Positions 11,757 through 20,274 of a stretch of DNA of 64,000 nt are shown here, in pieces. Each line of letters begins with the position of its first letter. Position 1 is the stretch's first letter. The position numbers were made by a program, and so were the translations under genes. The notes under the pieces were generated by a model. It was given only the letters and a program-made list of their open reading frames with translations. It was not told where the DNA came from and ran no database searches. Source of the stretch: an uncultured bacterium (lineage in GTDB: Bacteria > Babelota > Babeliae > Babelales > Babelaceae); contig CAVRKK010000002.1 in assembly GCA_963722385.1 (NCBI GenBank), forward strand, positions 128,001 to 192,000, in the 5' to 3' direction.

Positions 11757-11948
11757 TTGACACTCCCCCCATGGATAAAATAGTGCCGAAGCACCCAGGG
11801 GACTCTTGCTTCATCGAGTGACCAATGCCATCTCTCCACAAGCATTGTCAGCAATAGCTTGCGCCATAGCTGATGTTAGGACGGACTGTCCGACCGCCCT
11901 GATATTTATTGCCGCATTCAAATCTCTATCCATCACCATGCCACACTC
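11757..11948 (-). mobile_element. tnpB: IS200/IS605 remnant: TnpB C-terminus plus right end
   Basis: Minus strand 11948-11811 reads ECGMVMDRDLNAAINIRAVG...; followed by a GC hairpin and terminal TCAA. Confidence 0.85.
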
Positions 11949-12758
11949 AAACCTTTGTAGGTCAAGTCAAACGTTTCTTTTTCCCTACCCGTAACGTCTT
12001 CTTTGACGGTTGCTTTTAAAAATTCGGTGACACTTTGCTGAATAGGCAACATGCTTGGTACGCGTAAGTGCTGAAATGCTGTATCTTTCTCACTCATGGC
12101 AAGCCATTGCTCAATCTCTTTAATAATTTCGTATAAAAGAACAAAGTCTCCTCGTTGGCCATGATAAAAAACGTAATGGTCTTTCAACGCGAGCTCTTGC
12201 CGTATCAAATTGGGAATTATCCCCAAGTACTGCGCAACGTGTTCAATGCCATATTCTTTTTCAAGCTTTTTTATCAAGCGATCAGCAAGCAGCCTCGTAG
12301 ATGCCATACTTAAATATGCCTGCGTCTGCGTAAGCACCTCACCCGATTTTTGGCTAATAACCGGAAGTCTCAAGCCTAGCTGCTTGACGGGCTTGAGCGA
12401 AACTTCTGAAACGCTCATTGGCTGAAGATTGCCAACCCCGATAGCAAGAGACAATTGGCTCAGCATATCATCAATTTGTTTGCGCAGTGCCGGCTGCAAA
12501 GGAAACCGGTGACCGTATACGTCGTAGAGAATTGATAAGCGCGTATGCAACCGACGTGCTTTCTCAGAAGATTTGGGTTTGAGTCTGACCAAGCACCAAT
12601 TTAGCTTCGTTCATGATTGACTGCAGCTTGCTTTCAAACTCCGCTTGGCTGGTAACCGCTAAATCTTTGCTCGCAATTTCTTCAGCCAGAGGAACATCAC
12701 CCCGCGTCATCCATATTATGGCAAGCATTATAGCAAAGCAAAGATAACGAAAGTTCAT
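11949..12758 (-). pseudogene. Frameshifted, 3'-truncated secreted hypothetical protein
   Basis: Signal-peptide ORF (12758-12564) shifts frame near 12595 into the 12592-11933 ORF (HYVFYHGQ motif), which runs into the TnpB fragment. Confidence 0.6.
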
Positions 12759-12864
12759 AAAGCACCCATAAGTTATGCGGCTTGATGACATTATTCTAAA
12801 ATAGCTTATTTACGATTGTCAATAATCAAATAAATAGCGTACAGTCAATAAAGCTTTTAAATCT

Positions 12865-14541
12865 CTACGGAAGAACTCCGCTTGAGCCCCCAATTGCCGT
12901 TTGAGGAGCAAAAATTCGCCTCGCCATCCTAGCGGTAAAATCAGCTTCTGGCTGTGCCTGGTACATGACCTGCTGCTGCAACTCAACAGGCAAGCTTCTT
13001 AATAGGTTATGATCACTATTTTGTTGGAGCAAGAGTCGCGTATTGCGCCGCAGAATAATATGCTGAAGCAATCTTTTTCTAGCGCGTCCATACCATGTTC
13101 GCAGCTCACGATTAAGGCGCAGATCTCGTAATGCCCTTGTTACATGTAACCCAGCACGGTTAAGATCAAGGCTGAAGTTAAAATATACCCTGTCCTGAAA
13201 AAGAATATAATCGAAAACAGCAGCGTGGCCTCCTATGGTTGCTTCGTATAATGCTTGGTTAAAAGCGGCACATAGGCGGTCATCACTAAGCCAACCTGCG
13301 AGAACACGACGAAGAAGCTTGAGAACAAGCATATGCTCCAATCGTGCAGCACGTACGATTGCCTGATAGAGCGCGTTGCTGCCAAGCTCAGGAGCTAAAA
13401 GCGCCGATGCTAGAATATAATCAACAACATCGACATGCCCCTGGGCAACCGCCCTTAGAAACGCTCGCTCAATTACCCGCCCAAACGCGCTATCGTCGGT
13501 ATCAAGCGCGGGCAATAAAAGCCGAACAAGCTCAAGATTACCAATCCCCGCGGCAGCTATAAACCCATCCTGAATGGCATGTTGGTCGGCAACACGATTT
13601 AAGAGTGCTTCCACAACGGCAATTCGCGCTTGACCACAAGCAAGGCGTAGTGCTTCGCAGAGAAGATCGCATGAACCATCCTGCACCAATTGATCAATCA
13701 GCTCGATTGCCTGCTGATCATCAGCGAGCAGTAAGGCACGCCGCATGGGGTGCGATGCTATAAAAGTGAAGATCTGAGGATAATTATTAAGATCACCCGC
13801 TATCCTGCCACCATTCATAAAGAACCAGAGAATCATGGCCTTTTGTGTGGGGTATGACAGTATGCTAATGGTCGTTAAACACGTGCTCGTGGCTGGTATA
13901 ACGGGATGCGCACCATGCTCTAATAACCAGTTGACAAATTCGCAACCAATAGCTGCGGTATTAATCGGGTCGGTACCAGAAGCATTACGCACCGTTTCTG
14001 CCAAGAGTTCGTAAAGGTGGGGATATGCTCTTTGGAGCAGCGCCTTCCATTGCTGTTGTTCGGCAACAATTTTTTGGTTGAGCTTATAGAAATTAAGCCA
14101 GGTTCGGCCCTCATTATAATCACAGAAAAAAGTCTTGCCATAATCCGCATCAGCAAGCGCTCTGCCAAAAATTGTCTCTCCCGTATCAGACAAACAGTTA
14201 ATATTTGCACCTGATTCTATCATGAACAACAAGGAAGCAAAGTCGCCCCTACCCAAGAACCGAATGACTGCCAATTGAGCCAACGGCAACTTCCCATAAG
14301 TTATATCAAGATGCGCCCCCCTGCTCAATTGATGGCCAACGGCATCAAGATCAGATTGCAGTAATGCATCATGCACTAACCGGTAAAAACGTTTTTTTGC
14401 AAGCCGCTGCCTCTTGCGAGCAGGTGTTTTATTAGGCAAAGAGGTATCATCTGCCTTCCTCTTGTCCTCCATGCCAGACACGCCTGGAGAAAAAATTAAA
14501 AAAAACAGCATGAAGGCAAAAAAGATTTTTCTGTTTTCCAT
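12865..14541 (-). CDS. Secreted ankyrin-repeat protein with NLS-like and C-terminal F-box-like motifs
   Basis: Signal peptide; GANIN, AAGIGNLELVRLLL, AVAQGHVDVVDYIL ankyrin repeats; LLRSLPVELQQQV. Confidence 0.8.
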   Translation of the reverse strand: MENRKIFFAFMLFFLIFSPGVSGMEDKRKADDTSLPNKTPARKRQRLAKKRFYRLVHDALLQSDLDAVGHQLSRGAHLDITYGKLPLAQLAVIRFLGRGDFASLLFMIESGANINCLSDTGETIFGRALADADYGKTFFCDYNEGRTWLNFYKLNQKIVAEQQQWKALLQRAYPHLYELLAETVRNASGTDPINTAAIGCEFVNWLLEHGAHPVIPATSTCLTTISILSYPTQKAMILWFFMNGGRIAGDLNNYPQIFTFIASHPMRRALLLADDQQAIELIDQLVQDGSCDLLCEALRLACGQARIAVVEALLNRVADQHAIQDGFIAAAGIGNLELVRLLLPALDTDDSAFGRVIERAFLRAVAQGHVDVVDYILASALLAPELGSNALYQAIVRAARLEHMLVLKLLRRVLAGWLSDDRLCAAFNQALYEATIGGHAAVFDYILFQDRVYFNFSLDLNRAGLHVTRALRDLRLNRELRTWYGRARKRLLQHIILRRNTRLLLQQNSDHNLLRSLPVELQQQVMYQAQPEADFTARMARRIFAPQTAIGGSSGVLP

Positions 14542-14754
14542 AGCAGCTCAATCTCGCAATTATTAGATTTCGTAATAGAATATCGACTATTTTAGTTTGC
14601 CATATTATTTAAAATAGGCAAATAAATTTCAGATTTTTTAAACTTTTAAATTCTGAAACTGTAATTTTAATAAATTTAAAGAAGGCAGAAGCTGGTCATG
14701 GCCACGTGGCCGATATGTAGTAAGCAAGGTAAATAAATAGAATAGAATAATATC

Positions 14755-15191
14755 CGCCTACGCGGCGAGCGGCTAAGGGACATCCCGCCTCCGCTGATCG
14801 CTTTTTTTACAAAAAGCTGCTGCGGACATAGCGATGCGCTACTACGCATCGCTATGTCCGCAGCAATCCTGATGCAACATGCTTAATGCCTATAAGCTCG
14901 GTGAGTAGTTATCGTAGGCTTTGCGTGCGATAACTTATGCCATTTATCAGGTACGCAGCGCCATGAGCAGATAATGCGCCCTGCTCATCGGATAAGAGGC
15001 GAAGTAATAATGGTTTACTTGGGGGTAGCGAGCGAGGATATTAATTGCCAAAGTCTAATTGAAATCGCTTCAACATAACTTATCATATAAAATAACTAAC
15101 TATTTTTTTGAATAACTTATGAAGGGAATGCGCCTACGCGGCGGCCGCCGCCCTGCCGCTCGACGCGCAGTCGCGCCCGCCGCGTAGGCGC
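14755..15191. repeat. GC-rich palindromic intergenic element
   Basis: cgcctacgcggcg at 14755 and 15131, inverted at 15178-15190; perfect 21-bp stem 14818-14865. Confidence 0.75.
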
Positions 15192-15284
15192 CCGCTATAA
15201 ACTCAGCAACTATTGACGATTGGACCCGGTATCGCTAATCTGGTGCAGTTACCAGCTACAATGCGATGTACTCGAAGAGGAAAT

Positions 15285-15887
15285 ATGTTTACGCTGCCGC
15301 CACTACCTTACCATTTTGATGCCCTTGAGCCGTACATTGATGCATTAACGATGGAAATTCATTATACAAAGCATCATAAAGGATATGTTGACCACCTCAA
15401 TGCTGCGGTGGAAAAACATCCCGAATTATTTAAGCAGACGGTAACTGATTTGGTAAGCCACCTCGATCTCGTTCCTGAAGATATACGGCTAGCGGTACGC
15501 AACCAGGGCGGTGGTCATTTTAATCATACCTTTTTTTGGCCGCTCATGAGTCACCAACCAACCCGCCTCCATGGCGGTCTCGGCAAAGAAATTGACGTAG
15601 CTTTTGGTGGCATTGAGCAATTTAAATTACTTTTTTCAAAAGCAGCCAAAGAGCGCTTTGGCTCTGGTTGGGCGTGGCTCTGCTTAGACAAAGCTGGTAA
15701 GCTTGTTATCTCATCAACGTCAAATCAGGATACGCCCCTGGCAAGTAACTTGAAACCTGTTCTGGGCCTTGATGTATGGGAACACGCATACTATCTTAAG
15801 TACCACAATCGCCGCGTTGATTATATTGATGCTTGGTGGCATGTGGTTAATTGGGAAACCGCTGAGCATAATTTTCAAACGGCGTGA
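15285..15887 (+). CDS. sodA: Superoxide dismutase, Mn-type signature
   Basis: LPPLPY..DALEP, HYTKHH, NQGGGHFNH, NQDTP, DVWEHAYY. Confidence 0.93.
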   Translation: MFTLPPLPYHFDALEPYIDALTMEIHYTKHHKGYVDHLNAAVEKHPELFKQTVTDLVSHLDLVPEDIRLAVRNQGGGHFNHTFFWPLMSHQPTRLHGGLGKEIDVAFGGIEQFKLLFSKAAKERFGSGWAWLCLDKAGKLVISSTSNQDTPLASNLKPVLGLDVWEHAYYLKYHNRRVDYIDAWWHVVNWETAEHNFQTA

Positions 15888-15889
15888 AT

Positions 15890-16390
15890 TTAGGGCATAC
15901 CACTACCGCCAGCTCCCTGGGTGGCTGTTGGACTTAAACCGGCAGCTCCGGTATCTATTGAAGCGCTGGACCATCCTACATTATCAACCGTTGCCGTCGG
16001 CCCTACCAATCCGGATGTTCCCGTGCCTACCCCTACGCCAGGGTTTATGTACTTTTTCCGCCTCGTTATGAAGCGGGTAGGTCTTTGAGGTAGCACCGTT
16101 TCAAACTCTGTTCCTGGTGCTGCTGCTTTTTCGGTCTCAGCTGCTCGTTCAGGCTCATGAGTAAAGCGGGTAATAATGGTTTTAGTTTCTTCTACGGGGG
16201 GACTTGCCTCTGATAGGGACTGCGGTTGAGGCGTTGATTCTGGAAAAACAGCTGACTCGGGTGAGGGCACCGTTACCATCTGTGGCGCTTGGCCACCAGG
16301 ACACATCCAGGCAACCATCTGTCCACAACTATCACGAGTGCTTGTACACACACTCAAAAAGATAACATAAAGAGTAACATACCTATTCAT
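15890..16390 (-). CDS. Hypothetical secreted Pro/Thr-rich protein
   Basis: 166-aa ORF with hydrophobic N-terminus. Confidence 0.6.
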   Translation of the reverse strand: MNRYVTLYVIFLSVCTSTRDSCGQMVAWMCPGGQAPQMVTVPSPESAVFPESTPQPQSLSEASPPVEETKTIITRFTHEPERAAETEKAAAPGTEFETVLPQRPTRFITRRKKYINPGVGVGTGTSGLVGPTATVDNVGWSSASIDTGAAGLSPTATQGAGGSGMP

Positions 16391-16405
16391 ATGGTCTCAC
16401 ACGAG

Positions 16406-16433
16406 TGAGAAAGCGGTCTATTCCGCTTTCTCA
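16406..16433 (-). terminator. Hairpin after the 16445-16744 gene
   Basis: tgagaaagcgg / ccgctttctca 11-bp stem. Confidence 0.5.
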
Positions 16434-16444
16434 TAACTTATTCG

Positions 16445-16744
16445 TTACTTCTTTGGAGCTTCGGCGCCTTCGCCAGATACACAGGTCCATTCCATTTCAG
16501 GCGTCTTATATGCGTGACAATTTTGGAAGCACTTGTCTTCGGTCTTGACGCACGCCTGGCCACCTTCTTCGGCACCAATCCCAGCACCGGTTAATGTACA
16601 TATGGCATCACCTGATTGCATTTTATATACCTGACAAGCATCTTTGCAATTAAGAGCAGTTGGCTTTGAATCATCCCAATCCGCAGGGTGGGCAACAAAG
16701 CAGCTTCCCAACATAAGTGCAAGCGCTAAACGTTGAATAATCAT
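16445..16744 (-). CDS. Small secreted cysteine-rich protein
   Basis: AGGAG RBS; signal peptide; 7 Cys in mature part incl. CKDAC and CFQNC. Confidence 0.75.
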   Translation of the reverse strand: MIIQRLALALMLGSCFVAHPADWDDSKPTALNCKDACQVYKMQSGDAICTLTGAGIGAEEGGQACVKTEDKCFQNCHAYKTPEMEWTCVSGEGAEAPKK

Positions 16745-16837
16745 AGTATCTCCTTATTTTAATAATAATATATCATTATTTAATGTAACAATTTGAATTA
16801 TAAAAAATCAATACTTTTATAACTTGATAAAATAAAA

Positions 16838-17047
16838 TCAGCTATGGCTCCGACCAATCCGCGTGCGCGTGAATTCACCAGGCAAAACGCAATATGGACC
16901 CGCAAGGCCGCCAATAGGTCGACCCAATTCAGCCATGTTTATATTGCATCGTTGCGCACTTACTGCATTGGGCATAACAGGTGCTGGAAGGTAGCAATTC
17001 CACACCATTGAAACAAAAATAATTGCGTAAAAATACCAAAAGCTCAT
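16838..17047 (-). CDS. Small hypothetical secreted protein
   Basis: 69 aa, RBS-like AAGGTGA, hydrophobic N-terminus. Confidence 0.5.
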   Translation of the reverse strand: MSFWYFYAIIFVSMVWNCYLPAPVMPNAVSAQRCNINMAELGRPIGGLAGPYCVLPGEFTRTRIGRSHS

Positions 17048-17114
17048 GGGTCACCTTACTTTTTTAATCATAAGAAAGGGTGCCACCATAGAAATGGTGC
17101 GGCACCCCTCGCTC

Positions 17115-17315
17115 TTAAATTATTTCACCTAAGGCTTCACCGATATCTTCCACAACATTACCGGCGCCCTCAATGACCTCGCCAACCATGCCAGGTTCTT
17201 CGACTAAAACTTCCTCGGAAGGCTCACCATACATGGCGTACCTATCTGCTTTGATATACGATACGCTTGATGCAGATGCCAACAATAATGCCAGCGTTAT
17301 ATACATGCTCTTCAT
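17115..17315 (-). CDS. Small secreted acidic protein
   Basis: AGGGG RBS, signal peptide, acidic mature region, downstream hairpin ~17078-17108. Confidence 0.65.
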   Translation of the reverse strand: MKSMYITLALLLASASSVSYIKADRYAMYGEPSEEVLVEEPGMVGEVIEGAGNVVEDIGEALGEII

Positions 17316-17665
17316 GCGTTTTCCCCTTTTGATTAATAGGATTATACGATTAATTATTCAATTATAAATATCTATAATTATATATATCTAATTGACATAC
17401 AAGAATGCAATAGTTTTATTAAAAAGTCATATCTTGCCAACTTTGGCAGCATTTATAAAATAGATTTTAATGAATAAACTGCTCGTATTTTGCGTAATTG
17501 AGGCTCAGCTTCGGCACAAAAGTATATTGACAGAGCTCTTAGGCAAGAAAATAAATTTGTTGGAAAATTTAAGGGAATTTCCTAATTATAAGGCTTAAAA
17601 ATGATTTTCCGTTGCTTTTCTCTAATGTGTAGACGTGTTATAGTAGGAGCGCGCTTAAGAAAGGG

Positions 17666-18229
17666 TTGATCATGACATGGTGCAACAGATTATTTGCTAT
17701 TTTTTTGTTAAGCCTCTTTTTGCATTCGAGGACAGGGGAACAATCTTATCAAGCTGCCTATCAAGTAATAATCAAGGGCATCAGCGAGCAAGATATAGCA
17801 ACGGTAAAAAGGGCTCTCGAAGAAAATAAAAGCAAACTTAGCAGCAATCAACGAAGAAAAATAGTGGCTTATGTGGAAGAAATAAGCCAAGAGAAAGAAA
17901 ATGAAGCTTGGTTTTCTTTCGAAAGTAAAAAAAGCATATCATCTACTTTGTGCGTGATAGCGGCCATGGTAGCCTTTGGATCACTGAGCCAGCCATCCAT
18001 CGATCTCCTAAGATTAATTTTATTCTACAAACATGTGGCCCCCGCAGAGTGGAGAAACTTTCTTTTAGACCCAACGGTACAAGCACTCATAGTGATCGCT
18101 TTTGTTTCGTTCGGTATAGCCATCATAACTGGATATGACAATATAACAGGCTATTATAGTGAACCATCGCGCTATATTCAAGATCTCGTCGAACAGCATA
18201 TTCCTGGCGAAATTCGATCATTTGGTTAA
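17666..18229 (+). CDS. Hypothetical membrane protein
   Basis: 187 aa, signal-like N-terminus and two hydrophobic segments. Confidence 0.6.
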   Translation: MIMTWCNRLFAIFLLSLFLHSRTGEQSYQAAYQVIIKGISEQDIATVKRALEENKSKLSSNQRRKIVAYVEEISQEKENEAWFSFESKKSISSTLCVIAAMVAFGSLSQPSIDLLRLILFYKHVAPAEWRNFLLDPTVQALIVIAFVSFGIAIITGYDNITGYYSEPSRYIQDLVEQHIPGEIRSFG

Positions 18230-18338
18230 GCTTTTTAGAAATCTCGTGTGGGAAATTTGACGCGTCAAAACTGAAGGGGATAAGAACCTTTGCCTGCGTT
18301 AGGTCGGATAAGAAACTACTTACCCGACCTATGGATGC

Positions 18339-18644
18339 TCACATAGTCACTTTGCGTGCACTGTAGGTGACGCCATTGGTGCCTTCACGCATGGTGGCGC
18401 GCCCTGCATGTGGTTCTTCATTATGATAGTCTGGTTGATCGCGAACTGCCCAGGTTGCCCAACGTTTGTGCCGCCTTGGTATACGGCCTTTTTCGCTACT
18501 TCGTCGGGTTCGCCAGCCATTACGCCTTTTGGTTGTAATAGGCTCTTCCTCATAGCTTTCCGACCCCTTAACGGAGAGACTAGCCATGGTGAGGCCTGCT
18601 AATGCAGCACCTAAAAGAAAACTTCTGCCTAGGTATCTCTTCAT
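18339..18644 (-). CDS. Small secreted basic protein
   Basis: AGGAGG RBS, signal peptide, Arg-rich mature region, downstream hairpin 18300-18331. Confidence 0.7.
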   Translation of the reverse strand: MKRYLGRSFLLGAALAGLTMASLSVKGSESYEEEPITTKRRNGWRTRRSSEKGRIPRRHKRWATWAVRDQPDYHNEEPHAGRATMREGTNGVTYSARKVTM

Positions 18645-18838
18645 ATGGCCTCCTATTTAAATATGCTGACGAATAACAGGGAATTAGCTCGTTAATTTTT
18701 CATCAACCAAGGTTACCGTACCACGGATCACTCTTTATTTGCAACAGTACTACCACGTTGTTCTTGCTAAGATATCTTTATGCAAGAAGCTTGACCCCGA
18801 TGAGTATAAATCCATAAGAAAGTCGTAAAATAGAGAAT

Positions 18839-19345
18839 CTATTTTTTATTGAGTTTAATACGCATTGACGTAAGAGAGGCAAGCTCACTGCTTGAGAATT
18901 TTTGAAGAAAGTTATAGGTGTTGGGTGGAAAAGCCTGAGCGTGCCATGATAACTTATAGCCGATATAGGTGGTAAACGTTGAATTAGTCAAATCTTTGAA
19001 TGCTTGTGCAATAGGTTTATACTTTTCATCTTTTTGAAAAATGTCCGCCATCTTTTGCGCAAATTCTTGCCAGGATATGCTGGTATCATTGGCATCAACA
19101 AACTTTTTAACAAGGCTCAGCGCTTCGTCATCGATGCTCGCCTTTTTTTCAGAAGGTTGTTGCTTTACGGGGACTACAGGGGGTAATGATGATGGCTTGG
19201 GCTCAGGACTGGGTTGTAAAGGCGCTTTTGGCAATAGTTGCGATTGAGCTGCCGGTAGCGACTCTACTTTTTTTGGAGATTCACTCAATAATGGTATATT
19301 CAATAAGAAGGGATAGGTCACTAATAATAATAGTATGTTCTTCAT
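18839..19345 (-). CDS. Secreted hypothetical protein (paralog of 19395-19799)
   Basis: Signal peptide, Pro-rich linker, ISWQEFA..AFK..IG..RIKLN domain. Confidence 0.7.
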   Translation of the reverse strand: MKNILLLLVTYPFLLNIPLLSESPKKVESLPAAQSQLLPKAPLQPSPEPKPSSLPPVVPVKQQPSEKKASIDDEALSLVKKFVDANDTSISWQEFAQKMADIFQKDEKYKPIAQAFKDLTNSTFTTYIGYKLSWHAQAFPPNTYNFLQKFSSSELASLTSMRIKLNKK

Positions 19346-19394
19346 GAACTATCAAACTTAGGGCCAGAACGATAATTCTGGCCCTTGCATTAAC

Positions 19395-19799
19395 TTAAAG
19401 TTCGCTTTTTAATTTTTGACAATTTACTTGGCTATTGAGTTTAATACGCCAGTTAATCATATTTTTGAGCCAGATACGACTGTAAGCGGCAAACTCAGCA
19501 CTCGCTTGTTCAGGAAGGTCGATATTTGCCAGGGCCTCACCTATGTCAGCAGCGCTTGCCATGCCGATCGTTTTCTTAAACGCAGGAGCAAGCTTTCGAA
19601 GATTTTGCTGGCCAGAATTTTCTAATATCGTGGTCACTGCTTCAGCAAAGCATTTCCAGCTGATGTCTTTCTTGTTTTCATTAAGAAGATGCTTAGCGAG
19701 CTTTTTAATTTTCTGTTCAGCAGCCGGAGCTGAATAGATGCAGCCACCCAACAAAAGTGAGCTTGCTATAACTAATGATGTTATGGTTCGTTTCAACAT
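19395..19799 (-). CDS. Secreted hypothetical protein, possible lipoprotein (paralog of 18839-19345)
   Basis: LLLGGC lipobox-like; ISWKCFA..AFK..IG..RIKLN domain. Confidence 0.7.
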   Translation of the reverse strand: MLKRTITSLVIASSLLLGGCIYSAPAAEQKIKKLAKHLLNENKKDISWKCFAEAVTTILENSGQQNLRKLAPAFKKTIGMASAADIGEALANIDLPEQASAEFAAYSRIWLKNMINWRIKLNSQVNCQKLKSEL

Positions 19800-19835
19800 G
19801 ATTGATTCCTTTATTATTGTAAATAAAAGCGTTTA

Positions 19836-19873
19836 CAAAAAAATCAGCCTTAAGCTTAAGGCTGATTTTTTTG
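19836..19873. terminator. Perfect 38-bp palindrome, likely bidirectional terminator
   Basis: caaaaaaatcagccttaag|cttaaggctgatttttttg. Confidence 0.6.
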
Positions 19874-20080
19874 ATCGGGCTCATAGATTGAGCTTGAGAA
19901 GATGCTGTCAAAAACATCGTTATTGTCATGAGTGCTTGTTGTTGTCTCTGGTCGGCATTCAGGTTGCTCAGCAACAGATGACGTGCAGCCTGATGTTATT
20001 TCATTCTCGATTTTTTCTGCTGAATAAGCATTAAGTGCCATCAAGCACATGCCTACAAGCAATTTTGCGTTTGTATTCAT
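19856..20080 (-). CDS. Small secreted hypothetical protein
   Basis: Signal peptide MNTNAKLLVGMCLMALNAYSA. Confidence 0.55.
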   Translation of the reverse strand: MNTNAKLLVGMCLMALNAYSAEKIENEITSGCTSSVAEQPECRPETTTSTHDNNDVFDSIFSSSIYEPDQKNQP

Positions 20081-20274
20081 AATCAAATCCCATATTTCAT
20101 TGGTTATTGCATGTTTACAAAATTAATTCTAGTTAATTTAAAAATATATGTCAAGTCGAATAAGTCTTCTCGAGGGAAAAACAACCCTTATATCGCTCTA
20201 TTTCACAAAAAATCTCTGTTTTGAAGCAATTTTCAAAAAGAACTTAAGTGCAATACATGCACATCGATCTTACG

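Noticed and set aside
11806..11994. 62-aa plus-strand ORF
   Set aside because: Antisense of the TnpB remnant
19836..19873. 38-bp palindrome as recombination or telomere-resolution site
   Set aside because: A/T tails and position at a gene end fit a terminator; no associated enzyme
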